Under the pieces are notes generated by a model, which saw only the letters and a program-made list of their open reading frames with translations, did not search any database and was not told where the DNA came from. A program made the translations under genes and the position numbers. A stretch of 64,000 bases of DNA from a plasmid. The stretch is from sequence record NZ_CP014527.1. One strand, written 5' to 3'. This document shows positions 10,840 through 20,263 of this stretch, piece after piece; the stretch's first letter is position 1, and each line of letters opens with the position of its first letter.

Positions 10840-12666
10840 TCAGACACGCCCATCAAAACGGAATATACCTGCCCCCTCTTCCGCGCCACCAGCCAACTGC
10901 CTGAAGGGTGCAAACAGCTCGCGCCCGGTACCAAAACGCTGATCCACAGGAGCAGATGGAACGGACCGAGCATGCAGAAGAGAGGGATCAACCTTCAGCT
11001 CCAGAACGCCAGCCACCGCATCCAGCCGAATGATGTCGCCATCTTGGACATATCCAATCATACCTGTATCTAGTGCCTCGGGCGTGACGTGAATGGCGGC
11101 CGGAACCTTGCCTGATGCCCCGGACATACGCCCGTCAGTCACCAGTGCAACCTTGTAGCCAAGATCCTGAAGAACCCCAAGCGGCGGTGTTAGCTTGTGC
11201 AACTCGGGCATGCCGTTGGCCTTAGGGCCCTGAAAACGGACAACACACACAACATCACGGTTCAACTCGCCAGCTTGGAATGCTTGCAGCATCGCCTCCT
11301 GGGAATCAAAAACACGGCATGGAGCCTCAACAACACGGTTCTCGGGCTTGACCGCCGATGTCTTGATAACAGCGCGTCCCAAATTCCCCGACAGCACTTT
11401 CAATCCCCCATCCGGGGCAAAAGGACGCCCAACCGTTGTCAGCACAGCTGGATCAGCGCTGTCACGGGCAAGATCCACATAAACCAGAGTACCATCCCGG
11501 AGTACAGGAGTCCGCGTATAGCGCTCAAGACCAAGGCCGGCAACCGTCATGACGTCCCCATGCAGCATCCCGTTTTCAAGGAGCTCCCGGATCAAAAACG
11601 CCATCCCACCTGCCTCATGGAAGGCATTCACATCTGCCTCTCCATTCGGATAAACCTTGGCCAGAAGGGGAATAATTGCAGACAGGTCGGAAAAATCTTG
11701 CCAGTCCAGAACAAGCCCGGCAGCACGCGCCATAGCAACAAGATGGAGGGTGTGGTTTGTGGATCCCCCTGTCGCAAGCAGACCAATCAAGGCATTGGTG
11801 ATAACTCTCTCGTCGATAATTTCACCGATCGGAGCCATTTCCTCACCACGGGCCATAGCGGTTACGCGCCGCCCAGCTTCTTCCGTGAGGGCATGCCGCA
11901 GCGCTGTTCCCGGGGCAACAAACGAAGCGCCAGGTAAATGCAGCCCCATAATCTCCATCAGCATCTGATTGGAGTTGGCCGTGCCGTAGAAGGTACAGGT
12001 CCCCGGTGCATGATAAGCAGCCATTTCCGCAGCAAGCAGTTCATCATGCCCGACACGGCCGGAAGCAAACTCCTGCCTGACCTTGGCTTTTTCTGCATTA
12101 GAAATACCGGAAGGCATAGGACCTGCCGGTACAAAAATCATTGGCAGATGGCCAAAGCACAAGGCACCGGTCACCAGCCCGGGAACGATCTTGTCGCAAA
12201 CCCCAAGCAACAAAGCGCCGTCGAACATATCATGCGACAATGCCACAGCCGTAGCCATGGCAATGACATCCCGACTGAACAAGGAGAGCTCCATACCCGC
12301 CCGCCCCTGGGTAATCCCGTCACACATTGCGGGAACCCCACCGGCAACCTGGGCAAACCCACCGGCTGACGCAACAGCCGCACGCAGAATCTGCGGATAG
12401 GTCTCAAAAGGCTGATGCGCAGACAACATATCGTTGTACGCCGTCACAATGCCTATACCCGGAGCCTCTGGCGCCATCAAAACCTGCTTTTGATGGGCTT
12501 CGCAAGCCGCAACGCCATGGGCAAAATTGCTGCAGCCAAGCTCCATGCGGCTAGGACGGGAGGCACCCCGGGCAGCACGCAGGCGCTGCAAATAAGCATG
12601 ACGAGTTTCCCGACTGCGTTCAGCAATACGGCGGGTAACAGAAGCAATACCAGGATGGATAGTCAT
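10840..12666 (-). CDS. edd: Phosphogluconate dehydratase (Entner-Doudoroff)
   Basis: 608 aa of the IlvD/EDD family. The N-terminus [26 protein letters not shown] matches the Edd N-terminal pattern. Context is zwf-pgl-edd. Confidence 0.85.
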   Translation of the reverse strand: MTIHPGIASVTRRIAERSRETRHAYLQRLRAARGASRPSRMELGCSNFAHGVAACEAHQKQVLMAPEAPGIGIVTAYNDMLSAHQPFETYPQILRAAVASAGGFAQVAGGVPAMCDGITQGRAGMELSLFSRDVIAMATAVALSHDMFDGALLLGVCDKIVPGLVTGALCFGHLPMIFVPAGPMPSGISNAEKAKVRQEFASGRVGHDELLAAEMAAYHAPGTCTFYGTANSNQMLMEIMGLHLPGASFVAPGTALRHALTEEAGRRVTAMARGEEMAPIGEIIDERVITNALIGLLATGGSTNHTLHLVAMARAAGLVLDWQDFSDLSAIIPLLAKVYPNGEADVNAFHEAGGMAFLIRELLENGMLHGDVMTVAGLGLERYTRTPVLRDGTLVYVDLARDSADPAVLTTVGRPFAPDGGLKVLSGNLGRAVIKTSAVKPENRVVEAPCRVFDSQEAMLQAFQAGELNRDVVCVVRFQGPKANGMPELHKLTPPLGVLQDLGYKVALVTDGRMSGASGKVPAAIHVTPEALDTGMIGYVQDGDIIRLDAVAGVLELKVDPSLLHARSVPSAPVDQRFGTGRELFAPFRQLAGGAEEGAGIFRFDGRV

Positions 12667-12700
12667 AACGTCCTCTGAAACAACACCAGAACCATATGCG

Positions 12701-13414
12701 TCAAGGGCACCAAAGGACCGTCAACGGACAACGCACACTGGCCTGCAGGGCACCAATTGGCAGGGAAGCTGACGGACCACCCGCCTCCATATCCTCCCAC
12801 AGGCGGCGTTTGCTTTCCCCTGTTGCAAGCACAACAATAGAACGGGCATTCACCAGACGCCCGAGCGTGAGCGAGATCCGCTCCGGACCGCCAGGAATAC
12901 CTATTGCAGGGACGCAAAACTGGCCTGCGGCAATGCCTTCAGCCGGCTGTGGCCATGTCGGCTCACCAGGGAAAAGAGAAGCAATATGGCCATCTTCTCC
13001 CATACCCAAGACAACCATATCAAAGGCATCATCAAAAGCCCCAAGAGCACGGTCTACCGATGCAATGCCCTCAGCAGGGGAGCTTTCCCCGGTATAAAGA
13101 GGAACCAGCTGCGCACGCCGGGCAAATGCTGTCAGCAAGTTGCGACGGACCATGGCCTCGTTGCTGCCGGCATCATCAAGACCAACCCAACGCTCATCCG
13201 TCAACGTGACAGACACCCGATCCCATGGCAGAACGGCCGTAGAAAGACATGACAGGAACTGTGCCGGCGTCCGCCCCCCGGGCACAACCAAAGAAGCCCA
13301 GCCACGGACTGAAACAGCATCCGACAGGGAATCAGCCACCAAGGAGGCTGCTGATTCCGCTAATGTCGTTGCGTCTGGGAAAACAGCCAAGGCTGAAGTC
13401 ATGGTGTTGCTCAT
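12701..13414 (-). CDS. pgl: 6-phosphogluconolactonase
   Basis: 237 aa in the glucosamine-6-phosphate-isomerase/6PGL fold family. Its start overlaps the zwf stop. Confidence 0.75.
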   Translation of the reverse strand: MSNTMTSALAVFPDATTLAESAASLVADSLSDAVSVRGWASLVVPGGRTPAQFLSCLSTAVLPWDRVSVTLTDERWVGLDDAGSNEAMVRRNLLTAFARRAQLVPLYTGESSPAEGIASVDRALGAFDDAFDMVVLGMGEDGHIASLFPGEPTWPQPAEGIAAGQFCVPAIGIPGGPERISLTLGRLVNARSIVVLATGESKRRLWEDMEAGGPSASLPIGALQASVRCPLTVLWCP

Positions 13415-15003
13415 CGGTGCATCTCCGCGTCGTCATGCCACGATCTTAGATCACGTTCAATCATTGCAACAGACGCAGAAGGCCCCCACGTGCCCGCTGC
13501 ATAAGGACGGGGAACCATATCATGGCGGGCCCAGCCATCGAGAATGGGCTCGATCCATTGCCAAGCGGCTTCAACCTCGTCACGCCGCATGAAGAGGGTA
13601 GGGTTGCCACGCACAACGTCCAGAAGCAAACGCTCGTAAGCATCCGGTGTTCTCTGCTTGAAGACATCGGAATAACTCAAGTTCAGGGGCGTCTCGCGGA
13701 ACCGCATTCCACCCGGCCCCGGCTCCTTGGTCATCATGTGCAGCTTAATACCCTCATTGGGTTGCACCCGCACGACAAGACGGTTCGGTTGCAGGTCACG
13801 CCCGGCTGCCCCCGGGAATATGGAATGCGGAACAGGGCGAAACTGTATGACAATTTCAGACGTCTTCACGGCCAACCGCTTCCCGGTACGAAGGTAGAAG
13901 GGCATTCCCCCCCAACGCCAGTTGTGAACTTCGGCCTTCAGGCTCACAAAGGTTTCTGTCCGACTTTCGGCATCAACACCCGGTTCTTCCAGATAACCTG
14001 GTACCGCAACGCCACCAATTGCACCGGCCGCATACTGACCACGAATGGTGCGGGTCAAAACATCCTTGCCCTCAATCGGGGCCAGTGCACGCAGAACCTT
14101 GAGCTTTTCGTCACGCACAGCCTCATCGCTCATCCGAGCAGGCGGATCCATGGCAACCAGACAGAGGACTTGCAGCAAATGGTTCTGCACCATATCGCGC
14201 AGAGCCCCTGCCCGTTCATAATACCCGCTACGCCCCTCCAGCCCGACAGTTTCGGCAACCGTGATCTGGACATGATCTATAAAACGGCTGTTCCAGAGAG
14301 GCTCGAACAAAGCATTTGCAAAGCGCAGGGCCAGAAGGTTCTGAACCGCCTCCTTGCCCAGATAATGATCAATACGGAAAATTGCCCGCTCGTCGAAGAC
14401 AGCCCCGACATCATGATTGATGGCAAGCGCAGATTCGAGATCGCGACCAATCGGCTTCTCAAGTACCACGCGGGAATCCTGCGTTACAAGCCCAACCCGG
14501 TGGAGATTCCGGCAGACCGGCCCAAAAAGATCCGGCGATGTTGCCAGATAAAAGACCCGAATGCTGTTGGTGCTGTCGGCCAGCAATGATACCAGCCCTG
14601 CCCAACCAGTCTCACCGGCCGCATCAAGCTCTACATACGCAATCCGGTCCAGAAAAGAAGTAACCGCTGCATGATCAAGATCTACCTCGGGCAAATAGCG
14701 CTGCAGGGCCTCAGACACACGGACACGATAGGACTCAGTTGACAGGGCTGACCGTGCTGATGCCACAATCCGGCTCTCAGAGTCAATCAGGCCATTGAGA
14801 TGGCAATAGTAGAGAGACGGCAGGAGCTTGCGGAATGTCAGGTCCCCCGTACCACCAACAACAACATAGTCAAAACCGGGAACTGTCGGTTTACGCAACG
14901 CCTGACCAAAGCCAGATCGCGAACTGGCTATATCGGAAGAAACCTCTGCATTGGGGGGGCAGATTGAACCTGTTTTTGCCATATTCCTGCATCCTGCGTA
15001 CAT
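13411..15003 (-). CDS. zwf: Glucose-6-phosphate 1-dehydrogenase
   Basis: Carries the G6PD active-site motif IDHYLGKE and an NADP-binding GxxGDLxxRKLLPSLY N-terminus. The true start is probably an internal Met near 14980. Confidence 0.85.
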   Translation of the reverse strand: MYAGCRNMAKTGSICPPNAEVSSDIASSRSGFGQALRKPTVPGFDYVVVGGTGDLTFRKLLPSLYYCHLNGLIDSESRIVASARSALSTESYRVRVSEALQRYLPEVDLDHAAVTSFLDRIAYVELDAAGETGWAGLVSLLADSTNSIRVFYLATSPDLFGPVCRNLHRVGLVTQDSRVVLEKPIGRDLESALAINHDVGAVFDERAIFRIDHYLGKEAVQNLLALRFANALFEPLWNSRFIDHVQITVAETVGLEGRSGYYERAGALRDMVQNHLLQVLCLVAMDPPARMSDEAVRDEKLKVLRALAPIEGKDVLTRTIRGQYAAGAIGGVAVPGYLEEPGVDAESRTETFVSLKAEVHNWRWGGMPFYLRTGKRLAVKTSEIVIQFRPVPHSIFPGAAGRDLQPNRLVVRVQPNEGIKLHMMTKEPGPGGMRFRETPLNLSYSDVFKQRTPDAYERLLLDVVRGNPTLFMRRDEVEAAWQWIEPILDGWARHDMVPRPYAAGTWGPSASVAMIERDLRSWHDDAEMHR

Positions 15004-15239
15004 CCAGCACCATGGGCAGGACCTGCTCCTGCTCGGCCCTACCGGGGGTGAATGTAGGATTACTGCGCGACAAGAGCAAAAGAAATTGTCTCAACGCATG
15101 CTGTCAGGGTGAAGAACCAACGCCTTGCCACAACCAAACTGGCTGTGTAAACAGGCACTCAGGCTATCGTCATACCCTGCCCGCACCTGAACACCTTAAG
15201 GATCCGATCGTGACAATACCCGCACAACCCGCACAGAAC

Positions 15240-15908
15240 ATGGCTGCCAAACTGATCCCGGCTGGCGAGATCATCGCCCAATTGTCAAGCTTCGGCGTTG
15301 TGCCTGTTATCCGGACCAGCACACCGGATCTTGCCTTGACCGCCGTTGAATGGCTGCGTGAAGCCGGGATCAGGACATTCGAAATAACCATGACAACGCC
15401 AGATGCCATTTCCGTGATCCGGAAGCTGTCTGTGGCGTACCCCGACCTGCTGATTGGAGCCGGCACAGTGGTCTCAGCCGCCGCTGCACATGAGGTGATT
15501 GCAGCCGGCGCCCAGTATGTCGTGTCACCTTGGGTCGTACCCGAGGTGGGTGCTGTATGCAACGAACATGGAATTGCCTGCCTGATGGGCACCCTGACCC
15601 CAACCGAAGTGGCAAGCGCACTGTCAGCAGGGGCTACAGCTATCAAGATCTTTCCGGCCTCCAGCGTTGGCCCAGCTCACCTCAAGGCCCTGCGTTCTGT
15701 CTTCCCCGGCGTCCCCATGATGCCAACCGGCGGTATCGACGCCAGCAGCATCGGCGAATGGATCAAGGCCGGTGCCATATGTGTAGGAGCCGGGGGCAAG
15801 CTTGTTGACGAAGCGCTGGTACGCAAAGGAGATCGCGAAGCCGTCATGCAGGCCGCAAGACAGATCATGGCTGCATGCGAACGCACCCGGAATGAATTAG
15901 CCAGCTGA
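15240..15908 (+). CDS. eda: KDPG/KHG aldolase
   Basis: 222 aa from the ATG at 15240; the track ORF that starts at 14835 is over-extended. It has GAGTV, VSP, a PGxxTPTE-like region and a PTGGI motif. It is divergent from zwf-pgl-edd. Confidence 0.8.
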   Translation: MAAKLIPAGEIIAQLSSFGVVPVIRTSTPDLALTAVEWLREAGIRTFEITMTTPDAISVIRKLSVAYPDLLIGAGTVVSAAAAHEVIAAGAQYVVSPWVVPEVGAVCNEHGIACLMGTLTPTEVASALSAGATAIKIFPASSVGPAHLKALRSVFPGVPMMPTGGIDASSIGEWIKAGAICVGAGGKLVDEALVRKGDREAVMQAARQIMAACERTRNELAS

Positions 15909-15910
15909 CC

Positions 15911-16348
15911 CTACGGGGAACGCCTGATGCCATGTCCCTTAACCCAGCTGGCCAGTTCGAAAATCACCATGCCGATCAGCATCGCTGACACAAAATAAAG
16001 GGCATCTGTAAATCCGTAGCCTGCCAAGACAAGGGCCGGACCGGGACATATTCCGGCCAAGCCCCATCCTGCACCAAACATAAGGCTTCCAACAACAAGA
16101 GGTACATCAACAGCCTGTTTTGTCGGCAGGTAGAGGGCACAACCAGCCACTCCGCCCCCCCTACGCTTGACAAAACGGAAAGCAGGCCATGATACCCCAA
16201 TAGCTCCAACCATCACCAAGGCAAGTGATGGATCCCAATTCCGGGAAATGTCAAGAAAGCCCTGTACCTTGGCGGGGTTAGCCATGCCTGACAGAAGAAG
16301 CCCCATTCCGAAGAGTATGCCCGACAGACAGGGCGCAAGGTATGCCAT
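15911..16348 (-). CDS. YeeE/YedE-family membrane protein, half-size paralog 1 (putative sulfur-compound transporter component)
   Basis: 145-aa Gly-rich multi-TM protein. It is a paralog of the adjacent ORF, giving the typical split YeeE/YedE arrangement. Confidence 0.55.
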   Translation of the reverse strand: MAYLAPCLSGILFGMGLLLSGMANPAKVQGFLDISRNWDPSLALVMVGAIGVSWPAFRFVKRRGGGVAGCALYLPTKQAVDVPLVVGSLMFGAGWGLAGICPGPALVLAGYGFTDALYFVSAMLIGMVIFELASWVKGHGIRRSP

Positions 16349-16351
16349 GCC

Positions 16352-16801
16352 TCACCCCCCTCGCCCGATGGGATCCAGAACAAAAACAACGGCCATGCCC
16401 GCTCCCATGAAACAGGCTGTGGCCACCACAGAGCGAACAGAGCAGCGAGCCAAACCGCAGACGCCATGACCACTGGTACAGCCAGATCCAAGACGCGACC
16501 CAAGACCAACCGCAAGGCCGGCGAGAAAAACAAGAAAAAGATTTTGTGAGGAAAAACGAGGATCAGGAGAATATCCAGACAGATTGGCGGCAAAGGCAGA
16601 AAACGCAAGCCCAGCAACAAAGGCTACTCTCCAGCCTCGATCTCCCTGACGGGGAGGCAGAAGTCCACCAATAATGCCACTGATACCGGCAATGCGGCCA
16701 CTGAAAAGCAACAAGACAGAGGCGCCAAGCCCAATCAAGACCCCACCCGTCAAAGACGCCCACGGAGTGAAATGCTCCCAGTCCACAGCCAACTCTCCCA
16801 A
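16352..16801 (-). CDS. YeeE/YedE-family membrane protein, half-size paralog 2
   Basis: 149 aa with the same architecture as its neighbour and 4 bp upstream of it. Confidence 0.55.
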   Translation of the reverse strand: MGELAVDWEHFTPWASLTGGVLIGLGASVLLLFSGRIAGISGIIGGLLPPRQGDRGWRVAFVAGLAFSAFAANLSGYSPDPRFSSQNLFLVFLAGLAVGLGSRLGSGCTSGHGVCGLARCSVRSVVATACFMGAGMAVVFVLDPIGRGG

Positions 16802-16830
16802 GAACCTTCCCCTGACCCTAGCTTACCCCT

Positions 16831-16846
16831 ATTATGCGATATCGCA
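16831..16846. repeat. 16-bp perfect palindrome TATGCGATATCGCATA, copy 1
   Basis: Seen directly in the sequence. It sits in the divergent YeeE-arfB intergenic region. The same 16-mer recurs at 30214. Confidence 0.9.
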
Positions 16847-16876
16847 TAATTGTACGGTCAGGCCAGAACTACCCCC

Positions 16877-17293
16877 ATGATTATCATCACATCATCCATC
16901 ACTCTTGATGAAGATGAAATACAGGAAACATTCATACGGGCAACAGGACCTGGTGGGCAGAACGTCAACAAAGTGGAAACAGCTGTCCAGCTGCGTTTTG
17001 ATATTGCCCACTCAACATCCCTGCCCGATTATGTGAAAAATAGACTCTTGGGCATGGCTGACCAGCGGTTGACCGGACGCGGTGAGCTGGTTATCACGGC
17101 ACAACGTTACAGAACTAGGGAAAGGAACAGGGCTGATGCCCTGCATCGTTTAATAGAGCTTATTCGCGCTGCTTCTGTGCGACGCGCAATCCGACGCCCT
17201 ACAAAACCATCACGGGCCTCTCAAGAACGAAGACTGAGCCACAAGATAAAACACGCTAACACCAAGAAGTTACGTGGACGCGTTATGCCCTGA
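16877..17293 (+). CDS. arfB: Alternative ribosome-rescue factor ArfB (peptidyl-tRNA hydrolase, RF-1 domain)
   Basis: GGQ motif in ATGPGGQNVNKVETAVQLRF. About 138 aa with a basic C-terminal tail. Confidence 0.8.
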   Translation: MIIITSSITLDEDEIQETFIRATGPGGQNVNKVETAVQLRFDIAHSTSLPDYVKNRLLGMADQRLTGRGELVITAQRYRTRERNRADALHRLIELIRAASVRRAIRRPTKPSRASQERRLSHKIKHANTKKLRGRVMP

Positions 17294-17331
17294 AGCATCC
17301 AGGAACCGCACATGGCCTTTCTTGATTTCTC

Positions 17332-17362
17332 TTGTACCTCTAGCGACTGGAGGCTGTAGCCT
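17332..17362 (+). promoter_or_regulatory. MerR/ZntR-type metal-responsive promoter candidate for zntA
   Basis: A -35 element ttgtac, a 19-bp spacer containing the imperfect palindrome ACCTCTAGCGACTGGAGGCT, and a -10 element tagcct. Long spacer and dyad are typical of MerR-family operators. No MerR-family gene was seen nearby. Confidence 0.35.
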
Positions 17363-17407
17363 GCATAACAGGTTGAAACGGACTTTCCTGTTACCAAGGA
17401 TACTGCC

Positions 17408-19606
17408 ATGTCTCCCATCTCTTCCTCAGGAGCAGACCTGAAAATCATGCGGTTACGCGTAGGGGGCATGGACTGCCCCGGTTGCGCGGGAGAACTGGAA
17501 CGAACTCTGATACGTATTCCGGATGTTGAAGACGTAAAAGTCAGCTTCAGCAACGGGTCTGTTACCATTGCATGCCGGGAGGGCACAGGCCCATCCCTGT
17601 CGGACATCGAGGCCGAGATACGTAATCTCGGTATGTTTGTCACACCAAAGGAACCTAGCACAGAGCCACCATCACACGGCTGGAAAAATAACCGGAACGT
17701 TCACCTTGTGGCTATCACCAGCGTACTAGTCGGAACGGCTGCACTGGTGGGAACGATTGCCCCTGAACTGGCAGACAAGGCATGGACAATCGCGGCTGGG
17801 ATCAGCCTCCTGCCCTTTATTCGCCAAGCCTTTTCCCTTGCCGGGGCGGGCAATCCCTTCTCGGTTCAAATGCTGATGACTGTCGCTGCAACCGGTGCCC
17901 TTGTTATTGGTGCTGCCGGCGAAGCTGCAACCGTTGTGTTCCTATTCTCGATTGGTGAGCTCCTGGAAGGACTTGCAGCAGACAGGGCAAGGCGCAGTAT
18001 CCATGATCTGGTGGCCCTGATACCGCAGACGGCCATCGTAGAAGAAGATGGATCGCACAAGACCGTCCAAGCCCATAGCCTTGTTCCAGGACAAATTGTC
18101 CTAGTCCGGACAGGTGACCGCGTTCCTGCAGATGGAATCATGTCCGACGAAGGATCGCTTTTTGATCAATCTCCCATTACCGGGGAGTCCATTCCTGTTA
18201 TCCGCAAACATAATGCAGATGTCTATGCTGGTAGCATCAATGTCGGGAACCCTGTTCGCATAAGGGTCGAAAAAACAGCGCAGGACACAACGATTGCCCG
18301 GATCATCCAGCTGGTAGAAGAAGCACGCAGTACCAAGGCTCCGTTCGCACGCCTTATTGATCGTTTCTCGGCACGTTACACACCAGCAGCCATGCTGCTG
18401 GCAGGCCTTGTTATCACAATCCCGCCGCTTGCCTTTGGCGAAAGCTGGGAAACATGGATCTATCGCGGTCTGTCCCTGCTATTGATTGCCTGCCCCTGCG
18501 CCTTGGTCCTTTCAACACCAGCCGCTGTTGCCGCAGGCATGTCAGCCGCCGCACGGCAGGGGCTCCTGCTCAAGGGAGGAGCCGTTCTGGAAGCCATCGG
18601 CAAAACCCGTACGGTCGCCTTTGACAAGACAGGAACTCTGACCTCCGGCACACCACAGATCACAGATGTCATTCCTGTACAAGACAGCAAGGAAAGCATT
18701 CTGCGCCTAGCCGCATCTCTTGAGACCGGATCTTCTCACCCACTGGCTTCAGCCATCATCAACCAAGCAAAAGAAGAAAACCTGACTATACCACAAAGCC
18801 GGAATATATCCGTGCTCCCTGGGCACGGCGTACAGGGCAACGTTGAAGGACGACGTCTGACCATTGGATCAGCCCATATGTACCTAGAAGACAAAAGGAT
18901 ACCCCCAAACGTTCTGGATCAGATTACGGCACTGGAGGACCAAGGAAAGACAGTTGCCGTCCTTTATGGAGAGCAATCTGTCCTTGGGCTCATCGCAGCA
19001 CGCGATGAGCCGCGCCCCGATGCAGCATCAGCCATCAGATTATTAAAAGAGGCCGACATCCATGTTGTCATGCTCACAGGGGATAGCCACAAAACGGCGT
19101 CAGTCATTGCCAAGGAACTGGAGATCGAAGTAAGGGCCAACCTTCTTCCTGAAGACAAGCTAAAAACAATACGGGAACTGGAAGAAAATGGTCCGGTTAC
19201 CATGGTTGGCGATGGGATCAATGATGCACCGGCCTTGGCCGTTGCTTCGGTTGGTATTGCCATGGGAAGCGGAACCGATGTTGCCCTAGAAACTGCCGAT
19301 GCGGCCCTGCTAGGAAATCGTGTTGGCGGTATCGTTGATCTTTTAACTCTTTCAAAGGCAACCATACGCAATATCTGGCAGAATATTGCCCTTGCACTTG
19401 GCCTGAAGACTCTCTTCTTGGCCGGAGCAGTAACCGGTACAACAACATTGTGGATGGCTGTCTTTGCCGATACCGGTGCAACCATCCTAGTAACATTGAA
19501 CGCGCTGCGACTGCTTGGATTCAAACCAGCCCGTAATGAGAGCCAAGGGACCAGCGAAAACCAACCCCATCACCAACACAAACAGAACCAAGTAGCTTCT
19601 GTCTAA
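17408..19606 (+). CDS. zntA: Heavy-metal (Zn/Cd/Pb) translocating P1B-type ATPase
   Basis: N-terminal HMA motif GMDCPGC, the CPC motif in the TM6 region (ACPCALVLSTP), and DKTGTLT, GDGINDAP and TGD motifs. Confidence 0.85.
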   Translation: MSPISSSGADLKIMRLRVGGMDCPGCAGELERTLIRIPDVEDVKVSFSNGSVTIACREGTGPSLSDIEAEIRNLGMFVTPKEPSTEPPSHGWKNNRNVHLVAITSVLVGTAALVGTIAPELADKAWTIAAGISLLPFIRQAFSLAGAGNPFSVQMLMTVAATGALVIGAAGEAATVVFLFSIGELLEGLAADRARRSIHDLVALIPQTAIVEEDGSHKTVQAHSLVPGQIVLVRTGDRVPADGIMSDEGSLFDQSPITGESIPVIRKHNADVYAGSINVGNPVRIRVEKTAQDTTIARIIQLVEEARSTKAPFARLIDRFSARYTPAAMLLAGLVITIPPLAFGESWETWIYRGLSLLLIACPCALVLSTPAAVAAGMSAAARQGLLLKGGAVLEAIGKTRTVAFDKTGTLTSGTPQITDVIPVQDSKESILRLAASLETGSSHPLASAIINQAKEENLTIPQSRNISVLPGHGVQGNVEGRRLTIGSAHMYLEDKRIPPNVLDQITALEDQGKTVAVLYGEQSVLGLIAARDEPRPDAASAIRLLKEADIHVVMLTGDSHKTASVIAKELEIEVRANLLPEDKLKTIRELEENGPVTMVGDGINDAPALAVASVGIAMGSGTDVALETADAALLGNRVGGIVDLLTLSKATIRNIWQNIALALGLKTLFLAGAVTGTTTLWMAVFADTGATILVTLNALRLLGFKPARNESQGTSENQPHHQHKQNQVASV

Positions 19607-19655
19607 AAGCTAGGCTAACGTGAAGAGGGATGGATCATGATCCAGGGGACGCCGC

Positions 19656-20222
19656 ATGTTGAGAAAATTATGTTCAGCCATACTGGGGCTGTTTCTGGGA
19701 AGCGGAAACGCCGTGGCAGGGCAGGGCAGCGCTTGGGATTATACCTTCACTTCGATTGACGGAACCCCTATGCCATTGCAGTCCTATGCAGGCCATGTCG
19801 TTCTGGTTGTCAACACGGCATCCCGCTGCGGATTCACACCCCAATACGAAGGCCTGGAGAAAATCTGGAATACGTATAAAGACCGTGGCAAAGGGCTAGT
19901 GGTCATCGGCGTGCCATCCAATGATTTTGGGGAACAGGAGCCGGGCAGTAACCCTGAAATCAAGACCTTCTGTGAAACAACCTTCAACGTCTCGTTTCCA
20001 CTGACAGAACGCGCTGTTGTCAGCGGTGATCACGCCCATCCGTTCTATCAGTGGGCTGCTCAACAAACCGGAGCAGCGGGAATCCCGCGCTGGAATTTCC
20101 ATAAATATCTGATTGGTCCGGACGGACGCCTGCTGGACTGGTTTCTGCCAACCACAAAGCCGGATGATCCCAAAATTACCGGCGCCATAGAAATGGCATT
20201 GAACAGCGCAGATCCGGACTAG
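19656..20222 (+). CDS. gpx: Glutathione peroxidase, secreted
   Basis: Signal peptide followed by the GPx motifs NTASRCGFT and WNFHKYLIG. Confidence 0.8.
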   Translation: MLRKLCSAILGLFLGSGNAVAGQGSAWDYTFTSIDGTPMPLQSYAGHVVLVVNTASRCGFTPQYEGLEKIWNTYKDRGKGLVVIGVPSNDFGEQEPGSNPEIKTFCETTFNVSFPLTERAVVSGDHAHPFYQWAAQQTGAAGIPRWNFHKYLIGPDGRLLDWFLPTTKPDDPKITGAIEMALNSADPD

Positions 20223-20263
20223 ATCACCACGTAGGAGCATGACAGCAAAGCAGGCCGCATCAC

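Noticed and set aside
13522-14589. 355-aa plus-strand ORF opposite zwf
   Set aside because: It is antisense to the G6PD gene, which carries the diagnostic DHYLGKE motif.
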